From: Defluviitaleaceae bacterium
Lineage (GTDB): Bacteria; Bacillota; Clostridia; Lachnospirales; WRAX01
Reading direction: 5' to 3'
Length of the DNA stretch: 64,000 bases
Assembly (NCBI GenBank): GCA_009784575.1
Contig: WRBK01000005.1
Location: 37,457 to 101,456, forward strand
Shown here: piece by piece, positions 27,724 through 38,100 of the stretch
How the letters are laid out: the number at the start of each line of letters is the position of its first letter
Numbering within the stretch: the first letter of the stretch is position 1
Translations under genes and position numbers: made by a program
The notes under the pieces: model-generated
What the model was told of the DNA's origin: nothing
Database searches by the model: none
What the model saw: the letters and a program-made list of their open reading frames with translations, nothing else

Positions 27724-29029
27724 TTTTGCCCTCCTCCATTGCGTTTGTTAAAATATCCTCCAAATCCAAATAAGGTAATTTTCCATAACGTCCTTTGAAA
27801 TAGTTTTCAACGAGTGAGACTCTTTCATAGCTAGAAGGATTGAAATCTGCTAAAGAATATAGATTGCTTTTGTATTCATCATTCTTTTCAACAAAAAGAA
27901 TTTGGTCGGGGCGTAGTAGGTCTAAGTCCATAAATATCGGGTTGTGAGATGTGAATATCAGTTGAGCTTTGCCTGTATTTACATCAGGATTACCGAATAC
28001 CGCAATTATTGCTTTTACGATTTCTGGATGGATGGAGTTGTCCATTTCGTCAATCATTAAAAGGCCACCTTTTGATAGGAGGCGTTGAAGCAATGGGGCA
28101 AAGTATAAAAACTTGAACGTACCTTCAGACTCCATCAAGTGAGAGGGAATAATAGTCTCTTTGCCGTCTATTCCATAACCAGAAACCAGTACCATTTTTC
28201 TTATGCCACGTTCATCCTTATCTTCAGGCTTTAACAGAATTGGCTGCGGCCCTGCATCTATGGCTGGCATAATCATATCAAAGAGGCCGTAAGATTTAAG
28301 CGAGTTTTTTGTTGGCGGCTCTTCTGTTGTAACAAAAGAAGTGTCATCAACGAAAGTGTTATAGTCTATTATTGTGTTTACCCTATTGTCAAGAAAATTT
28401 ATAACTTTGTCTGCAATATGTTTAGATATGGTTGATTTAAAGCCTGCGGTTAAAAAGGGTTTTTCTTCGTCCAAATTTAAAACCACAACTTCTTGGAGAA
28501 TTGAGAATTGCTCTATGTCATCATGACCCAACATCTTCCACACATCTTTGTTTTTACCTAAATTAATATCGTATTTTGTGCGGTCAAACAGTGTAATGAC
28601 CTCATCAGACAACGCTAGTTTTAATGCTTCTTTTGATACACTTCTATTGCCTCCTTGATTGAGAGCATCAACATCTATGGACAGACTGTAAATGAAATGC
28701 CTGTCTTCTGATAAAAATTCAATTTCAAAAGAAATGGGTTCGGTATTGCTATCATGTGCAAATATAAAAAGCTCTAGTGCGGACATAGGCCAATACTTTC
28801 TATCAGAAACTGAACCATTGACAATAATTTCGCGCAAAGTCTCCATAGCCAATATAATATTGCTTTTCCCGCCTGCGTTTGGCCCATAAATCACAGCAGA
28901 AGGCAGAAGGCGATGATTCTTCTCGTAAATTAAGATATCATCTAGCCCTTTATAAGGCGTAGCTACCATAGAAAGCGAAGTTTTATCTCTGAAAGAGCGA
29001 AAATTCCTAAAATCAAAACGCAATAACAT
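27701..29029 (-). CDS. AAA family ATPase (AAA_15/AAA_21, AbiLi/RloA-like)
   Basis: 442 aa with FRNFRSF, Walker A GPNAGGKSNII, Walker B LLMIDEMDNSIHP, and QLIFTSHNP. Overlaps the RloB-like gene by 23 nt. Confidence 0.8.
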   Translation of the reverse strand: MLLRFDFRNFRSFRDKTSLSMVATPYKGLDDILIYEKNHRLLPSAVIYGPNAGGKSNIILAMETLREIIVNGSVSDRKYWPMSALELFIFAHDSNTEPISFEIEFLSEDRHFIYSLSIDVDALNQGGNRSVSKEALKLALSDEVITLFDRTKYDINLGKNKDVWKMLGHDDIEQFSILQEVVVLNLDEEKPFLTAGFKSTISKHIADKVINFLDNRVNTIIDYNTFVDDTSFVTTEEPPTKNSLKSYGLFDMIMPAIDAGPQPILLKPEDKDERGIRKMVLVSGYGIDGKETIIPSHLMESEGTFKFLYFAPLLQRLLSKGGLLMIDEMDNSIHPEIVKAIIAVFGNPDVNTGKAQLIFTSHNPIFMDLDLLRPDQILFVEKNDEYKSNLYSLADFNPSSYERVSLVENYFKGRYGKLPYLDLEDILTNAMEEGKNEQENKA

Positions 29030-29113
29030 ATATAGATACCTCCAAAATTCACCTCATCATTATTGAACGATTATAACAGAGATTTTAAATTTTGTATACA
29101 ACACACCGCAAAA

Positions 29114-30502
29114 TTAATGTGAATTATATAGTGCTTCAGCCACCTCATACACATTCCCTGCCCCCATAGTTATCAACAAATCATTCTGCGCTAATTGCTG
29201 TTTTAAATGCTCTACGCAAGTGCTGAAACTAGACATATAATGTACATTTGCAACATTGACCTTTTCGGCTTGCTCCACCAAGTCCTTTGAATGCACCTTG
29301 CAATGCTCTTCTTCGCGCCCAGCGGGGTTAAAGATGTCCAGAATTATCAGTTCATCAACTTGCGCTAGCTCATGTGCAAATTCGTTAAGAAACTCCGCCG
29401 TGCGCTCACGTGTATGCGGTTGAAAGACCACCCACAGGCGGTTATGCGGCATATTTTTTGCGGCGGCTATGGTTGCTGCCACTTCTGTTGGATGGTGGGC
29501 GTAGTCGTCTATGATGGTTGCGCCATTGTAGTTTCCGATGCGCTGAAAGCGGCGAATAGCCCCTGCAAATTGTGAAAATGCGGCGGCTATGATGGCAAAA
29601 TCTATGCCGCAGTGCATGGCAACACATATAGCTGCCATGGCATTTTGTATATTATGGTCTCCAGGTATCTTTAGGGCTATTTCACCTAGTGTCTTACCAT
29701 TGCCTACAACTTGGAATAAAGGATACCCTTCTTTGCTAAGATGTATGTTTTGTGTAACGACAGAGCCGTTTTTGCCAAAGGCAACTACATCGCAATCCAG
29801 CCCGCGTATTAATTGTCCAAGTTCATCTATTTCACTATTCACCACCAACAAACCATTGCGCGGTATTTTTTGTGCGAAAGCAGAGAAAGACTTGCGCATA
29901 GCACCTATGTCAGCAAAAAAGTCACTATGGTCCATTTCTAGGTTAAGAATAATGCCTATATGCGGATAAAATTTTAAGAAGCTATTATTATACTCGCAAG
30001 CTTCGGATATAATGAAATCTTGTGAACCTATGCGCATAGCACCACCCATAGAAGGCAGTATGCCGCCGCTCATTACGGTAGGGTTTTTGTGAGCCATCAT
30101 AAAAATTTCGGCAAGCATGGATGTGGTGGTGGTTTTGCCATGTGTACCCGCTACGCAAATTGATGTTTCATAATTTTTCATTAGTAGACCCAAAAGTTCT
30201 GCTCTATCCATAAGGCGCAAGCACCTCTGTTTTGCAACCAATATTTCGGCATTATCCGCGGGTACGGCAGCGTTATACACAACGACCTGTACATTCTCGC
30301 TTACATTTTTCGCATCATGACCAATTCTTGCATCAATACCTTTTTTGCGCAAGGAGTCTATAATCTTAGACCCACTTCTATCAGAGCCAGTGACAACGCA
30401 ACCATCATTATGCAAAATCTCTGCAAGACCAGACATATTTATGCCGCCAATGCCTATAAAATGGTAGTTGGTGTAGTTTTCTTCAATATTTAGCCTTTTC
30501 AT
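29114..30502 (-). CDS. murC: UDP-N-acetylmuramate--L-alanine ligase
   Basis: YHFIGIGGINMSGLAEIL and GTHGKTTTTSM. Start set at ATG 30502 after AGGAGG. The longer ORF extension has no support. Confidence 0.93.
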   Translation of the reverse strand: MKRLNIEENYTNYHFIGIGGINMSGLAEILHNDGCVVTGSDRSGSKIIDSLRKKGIDARIGHDAKNVSENVQVVVYNAAVPADNAEILVAKQRCLRLMDRAELLGLLMKNYETSICVAGTHGKTTTTSMLAEIFMMAHKNPTVMSGGILPSMGGAMRIGSQDFIISEACEYNNSFLKFYPHIGIILNLEMDHSDFFADIGAMRKSFSAFAQKIPRNGLLVVNSEIDELGQLIRGLDCDVVAFGKNGSVVTQNIHLSKEGYPLFQVVGNGKTLGEIALKIPGDHNIQNAMAAICVAMHCGIDFAIIAAAFSQFAGAIRRFQRIGNYNGATIIDDYAHHPTEVAATIAAAKNMPHNRLWVVFQPHTRERTAEFLNEFAHELAQVDELIILDIFNPAGREEEHCKVHSKDLVEQAEKVNVANVHYMSSFSTCVEHLKQQLAQNDLLITMGAGNVYEVAEALYNSH

Positions 30503-30707
30503 ATGTTCCTCCTGAAAATTCATCGTCCACTTACAATTATATGGTATTTTATGAAAAAAATAAACCTTTAATTTTTTTGGGAAGAATTTCACAAAATACA
30601 CTGTACTATTTCCGAAAATTATGGTAAACTATATCCAATATAATATCGGCATAATATCTATGGACCAAGCATAAGCTTATCGTTGAACTATACAGGAGGG
30701 GATTAAA

Positions 30708-31991
30708 ATGCGCAAGAAAGAGATGCTGGCAATGCTTTTGGCTGGAGGCCAAGGTAGCCGCTTGGGTGTTTTGACCAAAAATAAGGCAAAACCAGCCGTA
30801 ACTTTTGGTGGAAAATACCGAATAATCGACTTTCCCATGTCTAATTGCATTAATTCGGGCGTGGATACCGTTGGCGTGCTTACACAATATCAACCATTAC
30901 AGCTAAATCGCCACATAGGCATTGGCATACCATGGGACCTAGACCGCAAAAACGGCGGCGTTACCATACTTGCTCCCCATGTAAAAGATGGCGAAGAAGG
31001 TCACTGGTATAGCGGCACAGCCAATGCTATTTATCAAAACATCAATTTTATAGACACATACAACCCCATCTATGTTCTTGTGTTATCGGGCGACCATATC
31101 TATAAAATGGATTATGCTAGGATGTTACGTTTTCATAAAAAGAATAATTGCGATGCCACTATAGCTGTGTTAGAAGTACCCATAGAAGAGGCGAACCGTT
31201 TTGGCATAATGAATGCAGATGAAAACGACAAGATTTATGAGTTTGAAGAAAAGCCACCAAACCCTAAGAGCAATCTGGCTTCCATGGGCATATATATTTT
31301 TACATGGGATAAACTTCGGGCGGCACTAATTGAAGCAAATAATCAATACGAAGACCTAGATTTTGGTAAGCACATCATCCCTATGTTTTTGGACGAAGGC
31401 GAGGCTTTGTACGCTTATCGCTTTAAAGATTATTGGAAAGATGTGGGCACTATAGAATCGTATTGGACCGCAAACATGGAGCTTATCAAGACCATGCCTG
31501 AATTTAATCTCTATGAAGAGCAAACCAAAATATACACATCAGCAGACCATCAGCCGCCACAATTTACAGGGGCTGATGCCGATGTGAAGAGAAGCCTTGT
31601 ATCTGAGGGCTGCGAGGTTTTTGGAAGTGTGTATGATTCCACTCTAGGACCTGATGTCATAATAGAAAGCGGGGCTGTTATCCGCGATTCCATCATCATG
31701 GCAAACTGTGTGATAGGCGAAAATACCGTCATAGACCGCTGTATAATAGATGAAAACTGTACAATAGGTGCAAATGTAAAAATAGGTATGGGCGAAAATG
31801 TGCCAAACAAGCGCAAGCCAAAGATTTATGATACTGGCATTACTGTTATTGCAGAAAATTCTATTATACCCGATGATGTTGTGATAGGCAAAAACTGTGT
31901 AATATGTGGAAATACCACCATGGAGCATTACGAAAATGCTCGCTTAGAATCTGGTGATACAATAGAATTAGATGGCGAGGTGATATTATGA
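30708..31991 (+). CDS. glgC: glucose-1-phosphate adenylyltransferase
   Basis: [44 protein letters not shown], with a C-terminal left-handed beta-helix. Confidence 0.93.
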   Translation: MRKKEMLAMLLAGGQGSRLGVLTKNKAKPAVTFGGKYRIIDFPMSNCINSGVDTVGVLTQYQPLQLNRHIGIGIPWDLDRKNGGVTILAPHVKDGEEGHWYSGTANAIYQNINFIDTYNPIYVLVLSGDHIYKMDYARMLRFHKKNNCDATIAVLEVPIEEANRFGIMNADENDKIYEFEEKPPNPKSNLASMGIYIFTWDKLRAALIEANNQYEDLDFGKHIIPMFLDEGEALYAYRFKDYWKDVGTIESYWTANMELIKTMPEFNLYEEQTKIYTSADHQPPQFTGADADVKRSLVSEGCEVFGSVYDSTLGPDVIIESGAVIRDSIIMANCVIGENTVIDRCIIDENCTIGANVKIGMGENVPNKRKPKIYDTGITVIAENSIIPDDVVIGKNCVICGNTTMEHYENARLESGDTIELDGEVIL

Positions 31992-33097
31992 GAGCTGCAG
32001 GGATTATCCTAGCAGGCGGCAATAATGATAGGCTAAAGGAACTTACAGAAGCCAGAGCCACCTCTGCTATGCCTGTGGGTAGCTGCTACCGTGCCATAGA
32101 CTTTTCGCTTAGCAATATGTCAAATAGCGGCATTAAAAAAGTGGCCGTAATAACACAGTATAACTCACGCTCATTGCATGACCACTTAAACTCGTCAAAA
32201 TGGTGGGATTTTGGTAGCAAAACAGGCGGCATGTTTGTTTTTGCGCCATTTTTATCAAAAGATAGTAATTCATGGTTCAGAGGCACTGCGGACTCGATTT
32301 ATCAAAACATCTCATTTCTAAAGCGTAGCAACGAAGAATATGTTTTGATAACCAGCGGCGACGGCATATACAAAATGGATTATAATGATATCATCGACTT
32401 TCACGTAGAAAAAGAAGCTGACATAACCATAATGTGTAAAGATGTTGCGGGTATGGATGTGCGCAATTTCGGCGTGGTAAAAATGGATGATGATGGAAAA
32501 ATCGTAGAATTTGAGGAAAAACCATTAGAGGCATTTTCTTCCACCATTTCCTTAGGTATATATGTTATTAGGCGGGAGTTGCTTATAGAGCTTTTAGAAA
32601 CCATCATACCAGAGGGTCGCTATGACCTTGTGCGTGACATCATCGTGCGCTACCGCAAGCAATTAAAGGTATGTTGTTTTATGTACGATGGGTACTGGGC
32701 CTCCATAAACTCCATAGAAAGCTATTATAATATCAATATGGATTTCTTGCGCCGCGATGTGCGAAATTTGCTTTTTGCCAAAGAGCCATATATTGAAACC
32801 AAAAGCAAAGATGAGCCGCCAGCAAAATATAACACAGGTAGCGAGGTAAAAAATTGCCTTGTGGGAAGTGGTGCTATTATAGATGGCTTGGCAGAGAATT
32901 CTGTACTATTTAGGCGTGTGCGAATAGGTGAGAAAGCACAGGTGCGCAATTCTGTTATTATGGAAGGCTGTAACATTGGTCATGGATGCGTTGTAGAATA
33001 TGCCATTTTGGACAAAGATGTGACACTATCTGGCAATGTCGAGATTAAGGGCGAGCCACATAGCCCGAAAATTATTAAGAAAAATACTATTCTGTAG
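31988..33097 (+). CDS. glgD: glucose-1-phosphate adenylyltransferase, GlgD (regulatory) subunit
   Basis: 369 aa paralogous to GlgC ([44 protein letters not shown]). ATGA overlap with glgC. Confidence 0.88.
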   Translation: MRAAGIILAGGNNDRLKELTEARATSAMPVGSCYRAIDFSLSNMSNSGIKKVAVITQYNSRSLHDHLNSSKWWDFGSKTGGMFVFAPFLSKDSNSWFRGTADSIYQNISFLKRSNEEYVLITSGDGIYKMDYNDIIDFHVEKEADITIMCKDVAGMDVRNFGVVKMDDDGKIVEFEEKPLEAFSSTISLGIYVIRRELLIELLETIIPEGRYDLVRDIIVRYRKQLKVCCFMYDGYWASINSIESYYNINMDFLRRDVRNLLFAKEPYIETKSKDEPPAKYNTGSEVKNCLVGSGAIIDGLAENSVLFRRVRIGEKAQVRNSVIMEGCNIGHGCVVEYAILDKDVTLSGNVEIKGEPHSPKIIKKNTIL

Positions 33098-33205
33098 GGA
33101 TACAGAAAAGGTATTGTATTTTTGTAATGACTGTGGTAAAATAGTAGTCTGCTGATACCCCATGTGCAATTATCTACATTTAGTTCACATTTTTTTGGAG
33201 GGATT

Positions 33206-33493
33206 ATGAAGATTACTGATATTAGGATAAAGATGGTTGAGAGAGAAGGTAGAATGAAGGCGATAGCCTCTGTTGTCTTTGATGACGAATTTGTAGTACA
33301 CGAAATAAAAATCGTGGAAGGCGAGCGTGGTCTTTTTATTGCAATGCCTAGCAGGAAAACCAATAATGGCGATTTTCGCGACATTGCTCATCCTGTATCT
33401 TCTGAGGTGCGCGAGCGTATACAGAATGCCGTGTTACAAAAGTATAGCATGGCAGCATATGCTAATGAGGCGGCAGCTACGAAAACTGAATAA
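33206..33493 (+). CDS. spoVG: septation/sporulation regulator SpoVG
   Basis: MKITDIRIKMVEREGRMKAIASVVFDDEFVVHEIKIVEGERGLFIAMPSRK. Start set at ATG 33206 after GGAGGG. Confidence 0.93.
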   Translation: MKITDIRIKMVEREGRMKAIASVVFDDEFVVHEIKIVEGERGLFIAMPSRKTNNGDFRDIAHPVSSEVRERIQNAVLQKYSMAAYANEAAATKTE

Positions 33494-33512
33494 CTGACTA
33501 CATAAACAATCA

Positions 33513-33548
33513 CCATGCCCAAACATAGTGTCTGGGCATGGTTTTGTT
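33513..33548. terminator. bidirectional terminator between spoVG and the marR-like gene
   Basis: CCATGCCCA...TGGGCATGG followed by TTTTGTT. Confidence 0.7.
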
Positions 33549-33549
33549 A

Positions 33550-33993
33550 TTACTTGAATTTACCCAAAATATCTTCCAAAGCTGACACATATTTTGTCAT
33601 TATATTTGCATAATTCGCAATTTCGTCGTCTGCAAACCCTTCCCATGCCGCCATTTCGGCATCCTCCAAAGGCTCCAATATGCTCGAAATATATTTTCTG
33701 CCTTGGGATGTTACGATTATTTCTTTATTTCTTCTGTCTTTGGCTTCAACCAATTTTACATGTTCTTGTTCCCATAAGGATTTGATTATAGAGTTTACAA
33801 GTTGCTTGGGCAGACTTAGCTGCTCACAAATGCCCTTTTGGGTATGAATTTCATCGGAATAATACAAAAGCTCATAAACAATTAGCCCGGTAAAATTCAG
33901 CCCCGATGCTTTGGCGTAAGCATCGTACAAGCTGTCCATTTTATGCCAAGTTTCCTTTAGTGTTGTTATCATTTTCTTAGATTCATTGCTCAT
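33550..33993 (-). CDS. MarR family transcriptional regulator
   Basis: 147 aa with winged-helix segment IHTQKGICEQLSLPKQLVNSIIKSLWEQEHVKLVEAKDRRNKEI. Confidence 0.85.
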   Translation of the reverse strand: MSNESKKMITTLKETWHKMDSLYDAYAKASGLNFTGLIVYELLYYSDEIHTQKGICEQLSLPKQLVNSIIKSLWEQEHVKLVEAKDRRNKEIIVTSQGRKYISSILEPLEDAEMAAWEGFADDEIANYANIMTKYVSALEDILGKFK

Positions 33994-34008
33994 TGCTCAT
34001 GCCCCCTC

Positions 34009-35421
34009 TTATGCATACTTATATTTTTTCTTCATCAGTTTAAAAAAAAGTATGGTCATTACGATTCCCAAAACCTCTGCCACAGGAATTGCTGCCCAAG
34101 CACCATTTAAGCCAAATATTGCTGGCAGGGTTAAAAATGCAATGGATATGAAAATCAGTGTTCTAAACAAGGAAAGTATCGAGGATACCACCCCATTGTT
34201 TAGTGCGGTGAAAAACATTGATGCAAAGGAATTGAAACCCATAAATATGAATCCGCTAGCTAAAAACATAAGCCCTGTTCGTGCCATGTCATGCATGGGT
34301 GTGCCTGCTGGTATATCATAAATGCTTATTAATAGGTCCGCCGACAAGATTGCCATGACGATAGAAGCCGCCGAAAGTATTCCTATCAAGCGTAAGCTAT
34401 TTGAATATGTCTTTTTTAGGTTGCTCGTGTCGCCTTTGCCATAATTATAGCTTATTATTGGAGCAACACCAGATGAATAACCAACAAATAACGCAGAGAA
34501 TATACCCATACCGCCAAACATTATCGCGGCGGCGGCAACAGCCATATGACCTCCGCCCTCCAAATCCATTAGAATATTATTCATGAGTACAGCAACGATA
34601 CTTGTGGCAAGCATGGTAACCATTTCGGATGCCCCGTTTACGGATGCTCTTCCAAGTGCTTTAAAGTCCCATTTTGGACACACCAAATACACTTTGCCAT
34701 TTCTGTTAAATATGAAATAGATAAAGCCGACTACAAATGGCAGGGTGAAACCGATGCTCGTAGCAAGAGCCGCACCGCTAAGCCCCATGTCCAATATATA
34801 AATAAATACATAATTAAGCCCAGCACTCGTAAGTCCGCCTACTAAAGACATAATCGCGCTATAGTGCGCCTTGCCAGCCGTGATAAGAAACTGCTGAAAA
34901 ATCATGCCCAGTACAGCTGTGGGCAAAAACCATAGCATTGGTTGTAGGTAAGCCAGAGACATTTCGCGCGCAAAAGCATCAACGCCCAAAATGCCCAGTA
35001 TGAAATCTGGAAATAGTATACCTATAAGAGTAAGAGCTAATGAGACGACGAAAGAAACAAGCGTGATTAGACTAAAATTTTCTCTGCCTTCTTTTTCACG
35101 CCCTTCGCCTATCTTTTTTGCGACCAACGCATTGCCGCCCACACCCATCATAAATCCAAAAGCCATAACAAATGACATAAATGGGAAAACAAGGCTAACA
35201 ACTGATAATGCAATAGGGTCGATTAATCTTGATACAAAAATACCATCCACAATTCCGAATGTACTCATTATGAGCATAGATAAAATCGTAGGCAGAGCAA
35301 ATTTTAATAGATGATTCCATGTTGGTTTTTTGCTGATGCTTTCTGATGCCGCCGCCTTCTCTTCTCTAGCTGCTTTGAAAACATTTGCATGCTTTGTGTT
35401 TTTGATGTGATTTCTTGGCAT
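34009..35421 (-). CDS. MATE family efflux transporter
   Basis: 470 aa, 12 TMs, LLKFALPTILSMLIMSTFGIVDGIFVSRL. Confidence 0.85.
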   Translation of the reverse strand: MPRNHIKNTKHANVFKAAREEKAAASESISKKPTWNHLLKFALPTILSMLIMSTFGIVDGIFVSRLIDPIALSVVSLVFPFMSFVMAFGFMMGVGGNALVAKKIGEGREKEGRENFSLITLVSFVVSLALTLIGILFPDFILGILGVDAFAREMSLAYLQPMLWFLPTAVLGMIFQQFLITAGKAHYSAIMSLVGGLTSAGLNYVFIYILDMGLSGAALATSIGFTLPFVVGFIYFIFNRNGKVYLVCPKWDFKALGRASVNGASEMVTMLATSIVAVLMNNILMDLEGGGHMAVAAAAIMFGGMGIFSALFVGYSSGVAPIISYNYGKGDTSNLKKTYSNSLRLIGILSAASIVMAILSADLLISIYDIPAGTPMHDMARTGLMFLASGFIFMGFNSFASMFFTALNNGVVSSILSLFRTLIFISIAFLTLPAIFGLNGAWAAIPVAEVLGIVMTILFFKLMKKKYKYA

Positions 35422-35434
35422 GATGCCCTCCTAA

Positions 35435-35489
35435 ATTAGTCCTAATATATAATAGTATAAATTAACTACTATTATATATTAGGACTAAT
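35435..35489. promoter_or_regulatory. perfect 23-bp-arm palindrome just upstream of the MATE-MarR operon (candidate MarR operator and/or terminator of the upstream sugar operon)
   Basis: ATTAGTCCTAATATATAATAGTA-(9 nt)-TACTATTATATATTAGGACTAAT, with no mismatch. Confidence 0.55.
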
Positions 35490-35577
35490 CACTTGTCAAG
35501 TGTAATTTTTTGTAACATAAAAACAACGCTGACCAATTAAGGTAAACGCTGTTTTTGTTAGAGATATTTAATGCGAG

Positions 35578-37113
35578 CTATCTTGCGGCATAGAAGGCTT
35601 GGAGTTGGGAGTTTAGTTCTGCCATAACTGTATCTATACCATTTGCTCTTAATGCTGCCAAATATTCAGGAATTGCCACAGATGGGTCTAAAGCTCCGAC
35701 GGTTAGCGATTGATGGAATTGGTCTACTACGCCAGTGAGAGCTGCCATCTCTGTACTTACATTTTCACTATTGAATGTAAAGCCAAGTATAGATGTGCCT
35801 ACGCCTGCAGCATTGTATGCTTGGAAACGCTCGAAATAGCCTATACCATCGGTATCTCTTGGCTCTAGGACAAAGATATTGCCCATGCCAAATCTCCATG
35901 GCGAAAAGTTCGCTCTACCTTCGTTAATAAGGGAGATAAGACCATTAGAATCTCTTTGCCAATGTGTACCCTCTACGCCCTCAGAAAGAATAACGGCAAG
36001 CTGAGTATCTGTGTACCATGCATTCATAAGCTGCATAGCCGCCTCTTGATTTTGAGAATATACAGATATTGCAAAGCCAGAACCAGCGGCAGAAACAGAG
36101 GAAACGATAGGTCTGCTGATAGCAGGGAATCGAACATCTATACCTCTTTCGGCAACCATAGATGATGAAAATCCGTATGCATATACCGTTTGTGAGAAAA
36201 GATACTCCCCAGCATTGCGCGTTTCTACAAGTACGGTACTAGCCTCGCCTGGTATGGCCATGCGTGGGTCGATGAAGCCCTGATTCCAAAAATGATGCAG
36301 ACGCTCTATTACGGCTACAAAACGTTCATTCTCCAGATACAACCCAATGGTTGGATTAACGGGTTGCGCGGGATTTGCGGGGTCGAAACCAAAATGGAAA
36401 GCATGTAGACCTGTTAGGTCAAAGTCTGCGTTGGAAAGCGCACGGGCAAAAAGTTCTGGTTCTATAGCTAATGGAAAGAAGGTATCGCCCCATGCAGCCT
36501 TTGCGGCGGCAAGAGCCGCCTCAAATTGCGGGTCAAATAACACATCGTAGTTGATACCATTTGCATCGAAAAGGTCATCGAAATTAAAACCAAGCTCGGC
36601 TAACCTTGTGTTATTAACATCCCATGCATACATCTGCGCATAATCTTTGTAACCTGGTATGCCATATATACCAAAGCCAGACGGACCATCGGTTGTGAAG
36701 GCATTCCATAATGCATTTGGAACAGCGGCACGCACCTCTTGACCATACTGATGAAGAAGGTTGTTGTCAGGATTGTCCAGGCGGATAAAGTTGCCCACGC
36801 GAGCATTCATCCAAAAATCCAGACCCCAAGAGCCAGTCCAAAAGATGTCAACAGAGCTATCGCCTGTGTCTAGCGCGATTTGGGCAGGGTCGCCCATAGC
36901 CCACCCACCCGTCCAGACAGGGTTGATGGTAACAGGTACGCCGAGCTCTGCAAGGCGTGCATTTGCTGCCTCTACCACATCAGAATCATCTGCTACAGAT
37001 GCGCCCATAAACCATATGGTTACTTCTGTTGTGTCGTCATTGTTGCCACAAGCCGTTGCAAAGATTAGCGTTGCCACCAAAATTGCAAATACTAACAAAA
37101 ATCTCTTTTTCAA
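35578..37113 (-). CDS. ABC transporter extracellular solute-binding lipoprotein (large family-1, LplA-like)
   Basis: 511 aa with signal/lipobox LIFATAC. Confidence 0.85.
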   Translation of the reverse strand: MKKRFLLVFAILVATLIFATACGNNDDTTEVTIWFMGASVADDSDVVEAANARLAELGVPVTINPVWTGGWAMGDPAQIALDTGDSSVDIFWTGSWGLDFWMNARVGNFIRLDNPDNNLLHQYGQEVRAAVPNALWNAFTTDGPSGFGIYGIPGYKDYAQMYAWDVNNTRLAELGFNFDDLFDANGINYDVLFDPQFEAALAAAKAAWGDTFFPLAIEPELFARALSNADFDLTGLHAFHFGFDPANPAQPVNPTIGLYLENERFVAVIERLHHFWNQGFIDPRMAIPGEASTVLVETRNAGEYLFSQTVYAYGFSSSMVAERGIDVRFPAISRPIVSSVSAAGSGFAISVYSQNQEAAMQLMNAWYTDTQLAVILSEGVEGTHWQRDSNGLISLINEGRANFSPWRFGMGNIFVLEPRDTDGIGYFERFQAYNAAGVGTSILGFTFNSENVSTEMAALTGVVDQFHQSLTVGALDPSVAIPEYLAALRANGIDTVMAELNSQLQAFYAAR

Positions 37114-37167
37114 TTTTTTCTCCTCCTTTTAGTTTGTTGCTATATTTATGTATGCCCTGCTCCTGCA

Positions 37168-38085
37168 CTATTCTTTTACCGCTCCAACGGTTAGCCCAGA
37201 TATGATATATCTCTGGAAAAAAGGATAAGCAAAAGCTATAGGCAATACAATTATTACGCATAAAGCCATACGCAACCCCTCGCCAGGGAGGTCTGCAAAA
37301 TTAATATTTGACGCACCAATCATAGCTAGGTTACGCCGTAAAAACTCTATATTTTGCTGCATTTCCATTAGCAAATACTGTAACGGAAAGAAGTCACGGT
37401 CACGTATGAAAAGTAGTGCCAAAAACCAGTCATTCCAATAGTTTATTGCTGTTAGCAGTGCCACTGTGGCTATACCTGGCTTAGCTATAGGTACAACTAT
37501 AGAAAACAATGTACGAAACTCGCCTGCGCCATCTAATCGCGCAGATTCTATCAAGGATTCTGGTACAGATGTTTTGAAAAATGTACGCATAATGATTACA
37601 TGGAAAGGAATGATGAGCGCAGGAACTATAAGAGCCGCCAAGCTATTGCTAAGCCCCAGGACATTACGTATTACAAATACCGTAGGCACAAGACCCCCGC
37701 CAAATACCATGGTAAAAAATACAAAGAAAGCAAAAAACTTGCGTAGCGGATAATCTGTACGGGATAGCCCATATGAGTACATTATTGTTATAAGTACAGA
37801 TAAAAATGTACCAACAACTGTAACCACCACGCTGTTATAGAAGCTGCGCCAAAGCTGACCACCCATGTCAAAAGCTGCCTGAAAAGATGCCGTTGTCCAT
37901 TCGGTGGGAAAGAAAGTATAGCCTACTGTGCGCAAACTTTCCGCGCTGGAAAAGGCGATAATGACGATGAAAATAAATGGTATGATGCATAGCAGAGCTA
38001 TACTGCCTGTTATAAGGTGGATGGCAGCCTCTGCTAATCGACTAATACTGTTGCCACGAAACTTCTTTTGCGGTATTGCTGTCAT
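37168..38085 (-). CDS. carbohydrate ABC transporter permease (LplC-like)
   Basis: 305 aa, 6 TMs, with EAA-loop-like ESARLDGAGEFRTLFSIVVP. Confidence 0.88.
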   Translation of the reverse strand: MTAIPQKKFRGNSISRLAEAAIHLITGSIALLCIIPFIFIVIIAFSSAESLRTVGYTFFPTEWTTASFQAAFDMGGQLWRSFYNSVVVTVVGTFLSVLITIMYSYGLSRTDYPLRKFFAFFVFFTMVFGGGLVPTVFVIRNVLGLSNSLAALIVPALIIPFHVIIMRTFFKTSVPESLIESARLDGAGEFRTLFSIVVPIAKPGIATVALLTAINYWNDWFLALLFIRDRDFFPLQYLLMEMQQNIEFLRRNLAMIGASNINFADLPGEGLRMALCVIIVLPIAFAYPFFQRYIISGLTVGAVKE

Positions 38086-38100
38086 GTTCGCTCACCTCCT

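Noticed and set aside
30503-30601. 33-codon N-terminal extension of the murC ORF.
   Set aside because: An AGGAGG SD sits directly before the internal ATG at 30502, and the conserved MurC N-terminus starts there.
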